Below are positions 9,098 through 18,986 of a stretch of DNA of 64,000 bases, one piece after another; positions within the stretch are counted from its first letter, which is position 1, and every line of letters starts with the position of its first letter. The notes beneath the pieces are model-generated. The model was not told the origin of the DNA. It did no database searches and worked only from the letters and a program-made list of their open reading frames with translations. Made by a program: the position numbers and the translations under genes. The DNA comes from Pseudomonadota bacterium (GTDB lineage Bacteria > Desulfobacterota > Desulfobulbia > Desulfobulbales > SURF-16). The stretch is from positions 214,272 to 278,271 of the forward strand of contig JAZDEG010000011.1 of the NCBI GenBank assembly GCA_043809085.1, in the 5' to 3' direction.

Positions 9098-9949
9098 GTG
9101 ACAAGTATGATGAAAACAGCCGCCCTTATGGCCGCTTTGACCGCTCTTTTTCTCGTTGGCGGTCAGGCGCTGGGCGGTCGCAGCGGTATGACTTTTGCCC
9201 TGATTATGGCCTTGGGGATGAATTTTTTTGCCTACTGGTTCAGTGATAAAATGGCCCTTGCCATGAGCCGTGCCCGCGAGGTGGCCGAGCATGAGGCGCC
9301 GGATCTTCATCAGATGGTGAATTTTCTGTCCAGCCGCGCCGAGCTGCCGAAACCGCGGGTTTATATTATTGACGATCATACTCCCAATGCCTTTGCCACA
9401 GGACGTAATCCGCAGCACGCGGCAGTCGCCGTTACTCGCGGATTGATGGAGCTTCTCAGTCGCGATGAACTGGAGGGCGTGCTGGCCCATGAGTTGGCGC
9501 ACATCAAAAATCGGGATATTCTGATCAGTTCCGTTGCTGCTGTCATGGCCGGCGCCATCAGTTATCTGGCGAGCATGGCCCAGTGGGCTATGTTTTTTGG
9601 CGGATTTCGCGGCAGCGACGATGAAGGTGAAGGAGGGGGCGGCATACTTGGAGGACTGGTGATGATGATCATCGCGCCCATTGCCGCAACCATTATTCAG
9701 CTGGCCATTTCCCGTAGCAGGGAATTCCAGGCAGATGCAACCGGGGCGAGCATCTGCGGGAGACCACATTCCCTGGCCAATGCTCTGGCCAAGCTTGAGC
9801 AGGGAAATCGCCGCCAACCGATGGATGTTAATCCGGCTACTGCCCAGATGTATATTGTCAACCCGCTTTCCGGTGGACAGATCGCCGGCCTTTTTGCCAC
9901 CCATCCCCCCATTCGCGAAAGAATTAACAGGTTGCTTTCCGTTGCCTGA
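9098..9949 (+). CDS. htpX: zinc metalloprotease HtpX (M48 family)
   Basis: Contains the HELAHIKNRD zinc motif and four transmembrane segments, and ends with the conserved HPPIRERI. GTG start with an AGGAGG RBS. Confidence 0.9.
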   Translation: MTSMMKTAALMAALTALFLVGGQALGGRSGMTFALIMALGMNFFAYWFSDKMALAMSRAREVAEHEAPDLHQMVNFLSSRAELPKPRVYIIDDHTPNAFATGRNPQHAAVAVTRGLMELLSRDELEGVLAHELAHIKNRDILISSVAAVMAGAISYLASMAQWAMFFGGFRGSDDEGEGGGGILGGLVMMIIAPIAATIIQLAISRSREFQADATGASICGRPHSLANALAKLEQGNRRQPMDVNPATAQMYIVNPLSGGQIAGLFATHPPIRERINRLLSVA

Positions 9950-10091
9950 AAGAGGGTGTGGGTTCATCAATGGCACCACGGGTGTTTGAAACAAGATATC
10001 TTTACATTTTCATTGGAAAATTTTATCATCACATTCAGTAGCAGACGTTCATTCAATTTTGTGACTCTATCAAACCGGAAGGAGTTTTTTC

Positions 10092-10844
10092 ATGTATAAT
10101 CTTCAAGGAAAAGTCGCCCTGGTGACCGGAAGTTCAAGGGGAATCGGGCGGGCGATTGCCATGCGTTTTGCCGAAAGCGGCATTAATCTGGTGGTTAATT
10201 ATGTACGGCACAGGAGGGATGCCGAAGATACGGCCCGTGATATTGAAAAGGCCGGGGTGAAATGCCTTGTGGTCAAGGCCAACGTCGCCAATGATGAGGA
10301 TGTTCTCGCCATGTTCGAACAGATAAAACAAGAGTTCGGCCGCCTGGATATTCTGGTGAGCAATGCCGCCTCGGGAGTCCTGAAGCCGGTGATGGAGCTC
10401 AGTACGAGACATTGGAACTGGGCCATGGATATTAATGCCCGTGCCCTGCTTGTTCTTGCCCAGCAGGCGGTTCCTCTGATGAGTGAGGGGGGGCGTATTC
10501 TTGCGGTTTCCAGTCTGGGCGCGGTGCGGGCGGTGGAAAATTACACGGCGGTGGGCGCTTCCAAGGCGGCCTTGGAGTCCCTGGTACGGCATCTGGCGGT
10601 GGAGCTGGGGCCTAAGGATATAACGGTCAACACCATCAGTGCCGGCGCGGTGGATACCGAGGCTTTGAAAAAATTCCCCAACCGCATTCAGATACTGGAA
10701 ACCGCTTTAGAAAGAACACCGCTTGGTCGACTGACGACGCCTGAGGATGTTGCCGATCTTGCTCTTTTTCTCTGCAGTGACTATGCCAAGATGATTCACG
10801 GTCAGACGCTGGTTGTGGACGGCGGTTACGCCGTTCGGGCCTGA
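10092..10844 (+). CDS. short-chain dehydrogenase/reductase, FabL-like enoyl-ACP reductase family
   Basis: TGSSRGIGRAIA Rossmann motif and an NAASG block; 250 aa, resembling FabL. The substrate cannot be determined from sequence alone. Confidence 0.65.
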   Translation: MYNLQGKVALVTGSSRGIGRAIAMRFAESGINLVVNYVRHRRDAEDTARDIEKAGVKCLVVKANVANDEDVLAMFEQIKQEFGRLDILVSNAASGVLKPVMELSTRHWNWAMDINARALLVLAQQAVPLMSEGGRILAVSSLGAVRAVENYTAVGASKAALESLVRHLAVELGPKDITVNTISAGAVDTEALKKFPNRIQILETALERTPLGRLTTPEDVADLALFLCSDYAKMIHGQTLVVDGGYAVRA

Positions 10845-10866
10845 TTTTTCCGATGGTGTGCAAATA

Positions 10867-11475
10867 ATGGCGGGAGGATTTCACACAATTTGCCCCATGA
10901 TGTTAGCGTCGGCATCGCCCAGGCGCCAGCGCTTCCTGAAAGATCTCGGTCTTGAGTTTACTGTCCAGCCTGCCCTGGTTCATGAAAAAATCAAACAGGG
11001 CGAAAATCCCGAAAGTTTTGTTCTTCGCCTTGCCGGCGAAAAAGCGCAAGCTGTCGCTCGGCATAACCCGTCCTCCTGCATTCTGGCTGCGGACACCATC
11101 GTGGTTCTCGATGGGGAAATACTGGGGAAACCGCTGGATGATGCTGATGCCGAAAAAATGCTGACAAAAATGGCCGGGAAGTGGCATGATGTCTTGACAG
11201 GGTATTGCCTGTGCCGTGTTGCGGATGGACTTCTGCTGCGGCATGTGGTGACTACGAAAGTGCTTTTTCGTGATTTCGGCAGTGATTTGTGTCGCGCCTA
11301 TGTTCTGACCGGAGAACCGCGTGACAAGGCGGGCAGCTATGGCCTGCAGGGTCGTGGCGGCTTTCTGGTGGAAAGAATTGACGGTTCCTACAGCAATGTC
11401 ATTGGTTTGCCGGTGGCGGAGGTGGTGGCGGATCTGCTCAGGTTCGGCATTATATCCGCCAATATCGGCGAGTGA
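10867..11475 (+). CDS. maf: Maf-like nucleoside triphosphate pyrophosphatase
   Basis: Maf signatures are present: LASASPRRQRFL, ILAADTIV, DKAGSYGLQG, SNVIGLP. I prefer the ATG at 10867. Confidence 0.85.
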   Translation: MAGGFHTICPMMLASASPRRQRFLKDLGLEFTVQPALVHEKIKQGENPESFVLRLAGEKAQAVARHNPSSCILAADTIVVLDGEILGKPLDDADAEKMLTKMAGKWHDVLTGYCLCRVADGLLLRHVVTTKVLFRDFGSDLCRAYVLTGEPRDKAGSYGLQGRGGFLVERIDGSYSNVIGLPVAEVVADLLRFGIISANIGE

Positions 11476-11501
11476 ACGAAAGGAAAGGTGAGAAAGGCGT
11501 T

Positions 11502-12185
11502 ATGGATGAAAAAATGTTTGATCAAGGGGTGAGGCTGGCGCTTGAGTTGGGTATTCGCGTGAAAATCGAGATTGAGGGAGTGGACATCCCCCTTGAGAGT
11601 TCTTTTTGCGGGTTTGTTGATAATTATATCATCATCACCCCTCCTTCCCCTTACCATCAGATACAGCATAAGCTTTTTGATGGGGCGGAACTGGTTGTCC
11701 GCTATTTTTACCAGGGAACCATATACGCTTTTCAGACGAAGCTTTTCGCCCAGACCGATAAGCCCGTCAAACTCCTTTTTATCTACTATCCGAAGCTCAT
11801 CCAGAAAAGCGAACTGCGCAGCGAGAAAAGATCCTGCTGTTATATTCCCGCCGTCCTTGAGGTGGCCGAAAAGGAAAATAACGGTACAATTGTCGATATC
11901 GCCAAATCAGGTTGTCACTGTCTTGTCCGGGCAAAAAATAATAAAAGGCTGATTTCGTATAAAATCGACGACAAGGTCAAGCTTACCTGTAAATTCCCCG
12001 GGGTAAAAACCCCTCTGGAAATCATCGGTGTGGTGAAAAATCTGCGTAACAGCAGATATGAGATAAATGTAGGACTGCAGTTTCATGAGAACACCGCCGA
12101 GGTTACCCAGAAAATTATCGGCTGGTATCTTTCCACCATCGAGAAGTTTGTCTCCGCCCAGGAGATTAAACTCAAAATATCCTGA
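11502..12185 (+). CDS. YcgR-like PilZ domain protein (PilZN + PilZ)
   Basis: About 227 aa. It has an RxxxR motif (RSEKR) and a variant of D/NxSxxG (DIAKSG), with an N-terminal YcgR-type beta-barrel-like region. Confidence 0.6.
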   Translation: MDEKMFDQGVRLALELGIRVKIEIEGVDIPLESSFCGFVDNYIIITPPSPYHQIQHKLFDGAELVVRYFYQGTIYAFQTKLFAQTDKPVKLLFIYYPKLIQKSELRSEKRSCCYIPAVLEVAEKENNGTIVDIAKSGCHCLVRAKNNKRLISYKIDDKVKLTCKFPGVKTPLEIIGVVKNLRNSRYEINVGLQFHENTAEVTQKIIGWYLSTIEKFVSAQEIKLKIS

Positions 12186-12193
12186 AAATTTCT

Positions 12194-12493
12194 TTACTTA
12201 CTGAAGCATTGCCCTGCAAGTAAAAGAGCAGCAGTTCCATTCACAGGAATTCTCGGTTTATTTCGGGGTATTTCGATGGTCACCGCTCTTGCTGGGGATT
12301 TGCTGATATTTTCCACTTCTATGGAAAAAGTCGTTCCGCATGTATGGTTGAAAAGATACAATCCTTCGGTTCCTTCTTCATAAAAATGCTGGTGGCCAAT
12401 AAACGAAATGGATGGATCGGCAAAGAAATCGGTCTGATTGGACCAGCTCTCACCACAACAGGAACATGTTTTGAAGTTCGGTTTGGTATCCAT
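12194..12493 (-). CDS. hypothetical small Cys-containing protein
   Basis: 99-aa ORF with C-x-CC and HTC motifs. I do not recognise a family. Confidence 0.35.
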   Translation of the reverse strand: MDTKPNFKTCSCCGESWSNQTDFFADPSISFIGHQHFYEEGTEGLYLFNHTCGTTFSIEVENISKSPARAVTIEIPRNKPRIPVNGTAALLLAGQCFSK

Positions 12494-12810
12494 TGTCTGC
12501 GGAAAGGTTGAGTTTTTGCACGATTGCCTGGTATTCGTTTAAGAAGCAATTTTGCAATAGTCGAACCATTATCTTGTCGTTTTTTCTCATTCCACATATA
12601 ACGTAATAAAATTACAGAGGAAATTTATTTTTTCTGATAGTTTCACCCCAAGGCGGTCTTTGGGCATTTAACGATAATGACCAAAGGCAATGGGGGAAAT
12701 AGCATATTCCTGGTGAAGATATGCCAAGGATCCATTGCTCTCAGCGGGAAGATTAATGCTGAAGAACGACGGAAGTCTGGGTGGCTTCCAGGCGGTTGTG
12801 ACAGACGGAT

Positions 12811-14352
12811 TTATTGGGGGATCTTGGCTGCGATTATTTTCGCCTCCAGGGTATGCTGATATTTCGCCGGTGTTTTCTGTCCGTCAAGGGAAATGGTGAC
12901 GTTTTTGCCTGGTTCGACCGTGCCTTTGTGGGTGACGCTGATTTGTCCGGTTGCTCCCTGAGCATCAGTGAAGCGGATCACGCATTGTATTCCGTGCACC
13001 GGCAAGGGAGTTGGGTTGGAGAGAAGCAGTCGCATCGTGCCGTCTTTTTCCTGCTCGGCTCGGAGGCGGAGATATTTGGCGGGATTTTCAGGCAGGTCGA
13101 GCCGCAGGAAGGAGATATATGCGTCTTTTCCCACCTGGGACTGAGATGAGGCGGCCTTCTGGAAGAATCCTTTTGCATCGGCCGATCTGCCCGATGTTAG
13201 TGACATGTCACCCAGTTTTTTGTAAGCGTTTGCCGTCGGCAACAACTTCGTGCTGTGTTCGAGATCCTGTTTTGCGCCCGGCATGTCACCCAGTTTTTCC
13301 CGGATAAGGCCGCGTTGGATGTAAAATTGGAAAAAGCGGTTATTCAAACCAAGGGCCCGGTTGCTGCTGTCAAGAGCCTGCCGGTAATTGCCCTGCTGAA
13401 AAAATGCCTCGCTTTGCAGGCTAGGGAAAAGGGCTTCTCTTGGTTCAATTTTCATGGCCTCGTCAGCCAGGGCCAGCGCCTTGCGGTTGTCTCCTTTTTT
13501 CAGGGCAAGAACGCCGTCGTCATATGCCATGTAGGCTGGGGCGGTTTTTTTGATGTATCGTATTTTTTCTTGGTAGCGACTTTCCCCTGTTTCTCCTCCG
13601 GGTTTCAGGCTTTGGGCGGTCAGCTTGTTTTTCTCGACCCTTTCCATGGAAGGGGGATGGCTGGCAAACAGGCCGTTGAGCCAGTTGTTTTTTTTGTCTC
13701 CGGACAGTCTGACAAAGGTATGTTGCAGGCTGATCGCGCTCTTTGGGTCATAGCCCGCCCGGGACATGTAGCGCATGCCGTAATAATCCGATTCAAGCTC
13801 AGCTTCACGTCCGTATTTCTGGGTGATGATATTTGCTGCAAGCTGGGCGCCGCCCACGGCAATGCCGCCGTAGCTGCTGTCGGATACGGCCACTGATGTG
13901 GCAAGCAGCGCCCCCTGCATCAGCATCCCCTTTTCCATGCGCTGCGCTCCATGCCGGGCTGCGGAATGGACGATCTCGTGGCTGAGCACCGCGGCCAGTT
14001 CCGCTTCATTGTTTAATTCAAGCAGCAGCCCCCGGTTGATGGAGATTTTTCCACCCGGCAGGGCCCATGCGTTGGGGACGGAGTTGTTGAGCACCCTGAA
14101 TTCATAAGGGAGGGGGCGATCGCTCACCCTGGCCAGTTTCTGGCCTATTTCGTTGACATAGGCATTGAGCTGGGGGTCAAGAAGATAATCGCCGCCTTCC
14201 ATCTGGCGCCCCGGTTCATACTGTTCTGTGCCGATGGCGATTTCCTGCTGTTCGCCGACAAGCCCGAGTTCTCTTTCCCCGGTTACGGGATTAATAGCGC
14301 AACCGGAGACTAATGCCAAAAGAAGAGAAAGAAAAAGAGAAAGATATTTCAT
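12811..14352 (-). CDS. M48 family metallopeptidase lipoprotein with C-terminal TPR repeats (BepA/YcaL-like)
   Basis: Lipobox LALVSGC, the HEIVHSAARH zinc motif, and TPR-like repeats in the middle and C-terminal part. Confidence 0.8.
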   Translation of the reverse strand: MKYLSLFLSLLLALVSGCAINPVTGERELGLVGEQQEIAIGTEQYEPGRQMEGGDYLLDPQLNAYVNEIGQKLARVSDRPLPYEFRVLNNSVPNAWALPGGKISINRGLLLELNNEAELAAVLSHEIVHSAARHGAQRMEKGMLMQGALLATSVAVSDSSYGGIAVGGAQLAANIITQKYGREAELESDYYGMRYMSRAGYDPKSAISLQHTFVRLSGDKKNNWLNGLFASHPPSMERVEKNKLTAQSLKPGGETGESRYQEKIRYIKKTAPAYMAYDDGVLALKKGDNRKALALADEAMKIEPREALFPSLQSEAFFQQGNYRQALDSSNRALGLNNRFFQFYIQRGLIREKLGDMPGAKQDLEHSTKLLPTANAYKKLGDMSLTSGRSADAKGFFQKAASSQSQVGKDAYISFLRLDLPENPAKYLRLRAEQEKDGTMRLLLSNPTPLPVHGIQCVIRFTDAQGATGQISVTHKGTVEPGKNVTISLDGQKTPAKYQHTLEAKIIAAKIPQ

Positions 14353-14442
14353 TTGCTTACCATTTGTTTCGACAATAAAAAAAGGCCGCTTATGGGAAGG
14401 CGGCCTTGGTTTGCACTATTTTATGATGCTGCAAAGATGAAA

Positions 14443-15111
14443 TCAGACAGTGAGGTCATCCCGCAGGGTTTTTCTCGGGCCGCCATGGCCGGCGCTGCTC
14501 CAGTCACGGATGGGGGCAATGACATTCATGGCCTCCGGAGTGCCGATGCGGCCCAGGCGATCATGGATGGACTGCCAGATGCATTCGACATCCTTGTGGA
14601 TCTCGCAGCGGCCATTGACCGAACCACCACAGGGACCGTTCATCAGGTTTTTCGCGCAACGGGCAACTGGGCAGAATCCGCCGGTCAGATGAAGAACGCA
14701 GTTGCCGCAGCCCGCACATTGTTCGCTCCAGACGCCCTGTTCGGCAGAGCCGCCGAAGAAGCTGGTGTTAACGGCTGGATAAACCTTGTCTGAGGGACGA
14801 AGATTGGCAATGAAATTCACACCTACTCCACAGGCCATGGAGACGATGGCATCATATTTGCCTTTCCAGGTGTCAATGGTGTCAATATATTCCCGGTCAC
14901 ATTGGCGGACAAGGGTTCCCTCGATAACTTCTACATTTTTGCCTTGTTTCTGCGTGCCCAATCGGAGGAGTGAAGCCAGGATTTCCACTTCGCGTTCTCC
15001 GCCGGCGGAACAGACGGTGACGCATCCGCGGCAGCCGAGAACCAGAACTTTTTCGGCATCAGAAACCATGCCGAGGATTTCATTAATCGGTTTGCGTTCG
15101 GCGATAATCAT
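14443..15111 (-). CDS. MetV-like protein (methylenetetrahydrofolate reductase C-terminal domain family)
   Basis: 222 aa and Cys-rich (GCRGCVTVCSAGG, CAGCGNC, CPVARCAKNLMNGPCGG), as in the MetV/MTHFR_C small subunit. It overlaps the upstream mvhD-like gene by 4 nt. Confidence 0.65.
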   Translation of the reverse strand: MIIAERKPINEILGMVSDAEKVLVLGCRGCVTVCSAGGEREVEILASLLRLGTQKQGKNVEVIEGTLVRQCDREYIDTIDTWKGKYDAIVSMACGVGVNFIANLRPSDKVYPAVNTSFFGGSAEQGVWSEQCAGCGNCVLHLTGGFCPVARCAKNLMNGPCGGSVNGRCEIHKDVECIWQSIHDRLGRIGTPEAMNVIAPIRDWSSAGHGGPRKTLRDDLTV

Positions 15112-15542
15112 TTTCTCTCCCCCTTAAAAGGACAAGGGCCTAATTCGGTGATTCTCTTGTTCATCAGCTGGGCGCTTTGGATGAATTCGGGATGAAAGCC
15201 GCGATCCAGATGGAACATCTCTATTCTTTCCGGTTCGACATCAAGCTCGGCCAATGCCTTTTTGATGGCGCCTACTCGCTTGGCGGCTCGTTGGCTGCCC
15301 TTGATATTATGGCAGGTGTCAGCCGGACATCCAACAACGTAGACTCCGTCGGCGCCCTCTTCAAAAGCCTTGAGTAGGGTGCTTACCTGGAGTTTGCCGG
15401 TGCATACCAGCCGGTTGATGGTGATATTATCAGGCATTCCGTCTTGTTTCAGGCCTTCCCGACCTTCGGCAATGGCCTGCTGGGATGTGTAGTGGCAACA
15501 AAATGCCTGTATGTCAGGAGTAAAACTCATTTGCTTCTCCAA
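15108..15542 (-). CDS. MvhD/FlpD-like hydrogenase iron-sulfur subunit
   Basis: The FCCHYTS ... CTGKL ... GADGVYVVGCPADTCH pattern is characteristic of the methyl-viologen-reducing hydrogenase delta subunit family. Confidence 0.8.
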   Translation of the reverse strand: MEKQMSFTPDIQAFCCHYTSQQAIAEGREGLKQDGMPDNITINRLVCTGKLQVSTLLKAFEEGADGVYVVGCPADTCHNIKGSQRAAKRVGAIKKALAELDVEPERIEMFHLDRGFHPEFIQSAQLMNKRITELGPCPFKGERK

Positions 15543-15548
15543 TACGCT

Positions 15549-16109
15549 TTAGATGCCGCAGGCGGCGATTAGTTTTTCGTCTTCAGACTCATTGAGTTTG
15601 ATGGCCTGTGCGGGGCATTCGGCAACGCATATTCCGCAGGCTCGGCATTCCCTAACATTGATTGCAGCCAGGCCTTGCCCGTCTATTTTCGGTATCTCCC
15701 ATGGACAGACCCGGACACAGGTAAGGCAGGAGACGCAGAGATCCCGTTCCACCCAGGCGGACTTGCCTTTGTCGAGAAGATCCTGGTCGCTGATGATCCC
15801 TTGCTGCAGGGCAAGTTCGCGCAAGGCGTTCATGATATCGGCAAAGCGGACGTCCTGAGGGCAGACGAAAACGCAACTCCGGCAACGTGAACAGAACCAG
15901 AGCAGGTTGGAGCGAAGCAGTCTGTCTTTCAGGCCCATACGGATCATGTGGATGATCTTTCTCGGGTCAAAGTCAGGTATTGCCTGACTTACGGGGCAGA
16001 TTCCGCTGCAGGCTCCACAGGAAAAACATCGATTCAGATATTCGCCACCTGGGAGGTCGGTCACTTCAGCGCTGAAGGCGGGATTGATTTCTTTACTGGC
16101 GATTCCCAT
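15549..16109 (-). CDS. HdrC-like iron-sulfur protein fused to a 2x[4Fe-4S] ferredoxin domain
   Basis: CFSCGACSGICP and CSRCRSCVFVCP form an HdrC-type pair; CVSCLTCVRVCP and CRACGICVAECP form a ferredoxin pair. I prefer the start MGIASK at 16109, which has a GAGGAA RBS. Confidence 0.7.
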   Translation of the reverse strand: MGIASKEINPAFSAEVTDLPGGEYLNRCFSCGACSGICPVSQAIPDFDPRKIIHMIRMGLKDRLLRSNLLWFCSRCRSCVFVCPQDVRFADIMNALRELALQQGIISDQDLLDKGKSAWVERDLCVSCLTCVRVCPWEIPKIDGQGLAAINVRECRACGICVAECPAQAIKLNESEDEKLIAACGI

Positions 16110-16183
16110 TATTTTCCTCTCGTTGAAATGCAATAAATATAAATAAATATTAAAATTGTATCTTTTGCAACAGTGTGCGGGCC

Positions 16184-16240
16184 AAAAAAGCAACAGGTAT
16201 GCTACTCAAAAGAAAATGATTTGTCAACCTTACCTGTTGC
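16184..16240 (-). terminator. probable rho-independent terminator of the purF-kdsD unit
   Basis: A perfect 10-bp inverted repeat GCAACAGGTA/TACCTGTTGC is followed on the minus strand by TTTTTT. The 31-nt loop is long. It lies 64 nt after the kdsD stop. Confidence 0.5.
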
Positions 16241-16303
16241 GGAAAAAGTAAATAACCAGCCGGTATTATGGGTATTTCTACGGGGCGAAATGCCCTGTCG
16301 GCG

Positions 16304-17302
16304 CTATACGAGCAGGCGGAATTCGCCCTTGCCGAGAAGATCATGCAGGTGGAGCATGCCGACAAGTTGGCCAGATTTGTTCTGTACGGGCAGGATGGTG
16401 ACTTCGTAACGCTGCATGATGGAGAGGGCGTCGGCGGCGAGAAGGTCTGCTTCGATTGTCTTCGGGGAAGGGGTCATGACGTCACGGACCGTCATTTTTG
16501 CAGTATCCACCGGTTGCGGTTTGCTTATCAGTCGCCGCAGGTCGCCGTCAGTGATGATGCCGCAGAGTTGAGTTTCGGCATCAATCACAAGGACCGCCCC
16601 CAGGCTTTTTTGGTTTAAGGTTTCAATTGCCTCGCGCAAGCTGGCGGAGCTGCTGACGAGAGGTATCAGGGAGCCGGTGAGCATCACTTCCCGAACTTTC
16701 ACTTTCAGTCGTTCGCCAAGGCTGCCGCCGGGGTGATTTCGGCGGAAATCACTGACGGCAAACTGTTTTTTTTCAATGAGTACGACGGCCAGCGCATCAC
16801 CCATGGCAAGTGCCGCCGTGGTGCTCGCCGTGGGGGCAAGCCCGAGGGGGCAAGCTTCCCGCGGCACTCTGGCAGAGAGGGACACATCCGCGAATCTGGC
16901 TAGGGTGGAGTTCTTGTTGCCGGTCAGGGCGATGGTTTTTACCCCTCTTTTTTTCAGCGTGGGCAGCAGCATCACGAGTTCGGATGTTTCGCCGCTGTAG
17001 GATATGGCCAGAACCACATCGTTATGATCAACGATGCCGAGGTCGCCATGCATGGCCTCGACCGGATGGAGGAAAAATGAGGGGGTGCCTGTGCTGTTCA
17101 AGGTCGCGGAGATTTTCTGGCCGATGATGCCTGATTTGCCGATGCCGGTAATGATGATGCGGCTCGGGCAGTTCATGATCAGGGCAATGGCCCGGTTGAA
17201 TTCTTCGTCGATCTGGTCGATGAGGGAGGCGATGCCGTCCGCTTCAATCTGCAGAACTTCTCTGGCTAAGGTAAGGGACATGATCTGCGTTACGCTCCGC
17301 AT
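16304..17302 (-). CDS. kdsD: KpsF/GutQ family arabinose-5-phosphate isomerase (SIS + 2 CBS domains)
   Basis: SIS motif ITGIGKSG..., followed by a tandem CBS pair at the C-terminus; 332 aa. Confidence 0.85.
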   Translation of the reverse strand: MRSVTQIMSLTLAREVLQIEADGIASLIDQIDEEFNRAIALIMNCPSRIIITGIGKSGIIGQKISATLNSTGTPSFFLHPVEAMHGDLGIVDHNDVVLAISYSGETSELVMLLPTLKKRGVKTIALTGNKNSTLARFADVSLSARVPREACPLGLAPTASTTAALAMGDALAVVLIEKKQFAVSDFRRNHPGGSLGERLKVKVREVMLTGSLIPLVSSSASLREAIETLNQKSLGAVLVIDAETQLCGIITDGDLRRLISKPQPVDTAKMTVRDVMTPSPKTIEADLLAADALSIMQRYEVTILPVQNKSGQLVGMLHLHDLLGKGEFRLLV

Positions 17303-18711
17303 CCTGAGCAGAGGGCGAGTTTATGGAAACCTGTGTCCGGTTCAACCGGATAGTGGTTGTTGAAGCAGGCCAGGCAGAAGTTTTCAGCCGGCATGCCGGT
17401 TGCTTCAACCAGTCCTTCCAGGCTCAGGTAGTGGAGGGTGTCCAGTTCCAGATACTTGCGGATTTCGTCAATTGATTTGTTGGCGGCAATGAGCTGATCC
17501 TGTGAAGGAAAGTCAATTCCGTAGTAGCAGGGATAACGGGTCGGCGGGCAACTTACCATCATGTGCACCTCCTTGACTCCTGATTGGCGCAGGGAGCGGA
17601 TGCGGCTTCGACCTGTGGTGCCGCGGATAATGGAGTCCTCTATGATGATTACCCGTTTTCCCTTCAGGAAAGAACGAACCGGATTGAGTTTGACCCGGAC
17701 GGAAAAATCCCGCATGGATTGGGAAGGCTGAATAAAGGTGCGACCGACATAGTGGTTGCGGATAACCCCCATTTCCATGGGGATTCCGGATGCCTGGGAG
17801 TATCCGAGAGCGGCGTAATTGCCCGAGTCGGGAAAAGGCATGACGAAATCGGCGTCCACATTGCATTCCCTGGCGAGGATCTGCCCCATTCTCTTACGAC
17901 AGGAGTATACGTTGAGGCCGAAAATATCACTGTCCGGCCGGGCAAAATAAACATGCTCGAAAATGCAGAAGCTGGATGTGCATTTTTCCTGAAGGAAAAA
18001 GGATTCGATGCCGTTTTCGTCAATGATGATCACCTCGCCGGGTTCCACATCCCGCAGATAGGTGGCCTCGATAAGATCCAGCGCGCAGGTCTCGGATGCA
18101 ACAACATAAGCGCCGTTTGACTTTTTGCCCAGACAGAGAGGTCGGAAGCCGTTGGGGTCGCGAACGGCCACCAGTTTGTCACGGGTCATGAGCAGAATGG
18201 AGTAGGCGCCCTTGATCCGGCGGAAAGTTTCGCCGATGGCCTGCTGGAAGGGCAGATGGCTCATTGAGGCAAGGAGATGGACAACAACTTCACTGTCCAT
18301 GGTGGACTGAAAAATTGATCCATTCTGCTCCAGTTCATCTTTTAATCTGCGGATATTGACCAGATTGCCGTTATGGGCCACGGCGTAGACGCAATCGCGG
18401 TGCCGGGCGGTAAAGGGCTGGGCGTTAACGATAGTCGACGTGCCTGTTGTTGAATAACGGACATGACCAACCGCCATGTGGCCGTTCAGTCGCAGCAGGT
18501 TTTTTTCGGTGAAAACTTCGGAAACAAGCCCCATGGCTTTGTGTTCAAAAATCTGTTTTCCGTCGCTGGTGACAATGCCGGCGCTTTCCTGGCCGCGGTG
18601 CTGCAGGGCGTAGAGCCCGAAATAGGCGAGTTTGGCGGAGTCAGGGTGCCCGAAGATGCCACAGATGCCGCATTCTTCCCTTGGGCGCGATGAGGCTGCT
18701 TGAAGAGCCAT
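17290..18711 (-). CDS. purF: amidophosphoribosyltransferase
   Basis: N-terminal CGICGI Ntn nucleophile, a PRTase motif VIIIEDSIIRGTT, and C-terminal Cys ligands; 473 aa. Confidence 0.9.
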   Translation of the reverse strand: MALQAASSRPREECGICGIFGHPDSAKLAYFGLYALQHRGQESAGIVTSDGKQIFEHKAMGLVSEVFTEKNLLRLNGHMAVGHVRYSTTGTSTIVNAQPFTARHRDCVYAVAHNGNLVNIRRLKDELEQNGSIFQSTMDSEVVVHLLASMSHLPFQQAIGETFRRIKGAYSILLMTRDKLVAVRDPNGFRPLCLGKKSNGAYVVASETCALDLIEATYLRDVEPGEVIIIDENGIESFFLQEKCTSSFCIFEHVYFARPDSDIFGLNVYSCRKRMGQILARECNVDADFVMPFPDSGNYAALGYSQASGIPMEMGVIRNHYVGRTFIQPSQSMRDFSVRVKLNPVRSFLKGKRVIIIEDSIIRGTTGRSRIRSLRQSGVKEVHMMVSCPPTRYPCYYGIDFPSQDQLIAANKSIDEIRKYLELDTLHYLSLEGLVEATGMPAENFCLACFNNHYPVEPDTGFHKLALCSGCGA

Positions 18712-18986
18712 GTCTTTTCCTCTTTTTCTCAGAGCGGTTTGTAACGTTTGTAATGTCGGAATATCAGCCTGCGGTCAGTAAAGTAATGTTGTGACGATAT
18801 GCTGGGTGAAAATAGTTTGCTTAAAAAAAAATTGTTACTTTACCTTCATAGTAGCAAAAAAGAAATGATTTTTTGGTGCGATACACTGGTGCGGGGATTT
18901 TTTAAGTCCTCCCGAACACGCAGAAAGCGATGGCGAAAATTTTACCCCTTTTGGGCGGTGGATTAATATCCGGATCCTCTTTATTC

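Noticed and set aside
9011-9994. 327-aa ORF antisense to htpX
   Set aside because: HtpX on the plus strand has unmistakable HExxH and transmembrane features. The antisense frame is low-complexity (Gly/His/Ser/Ala-rich) with no domain.
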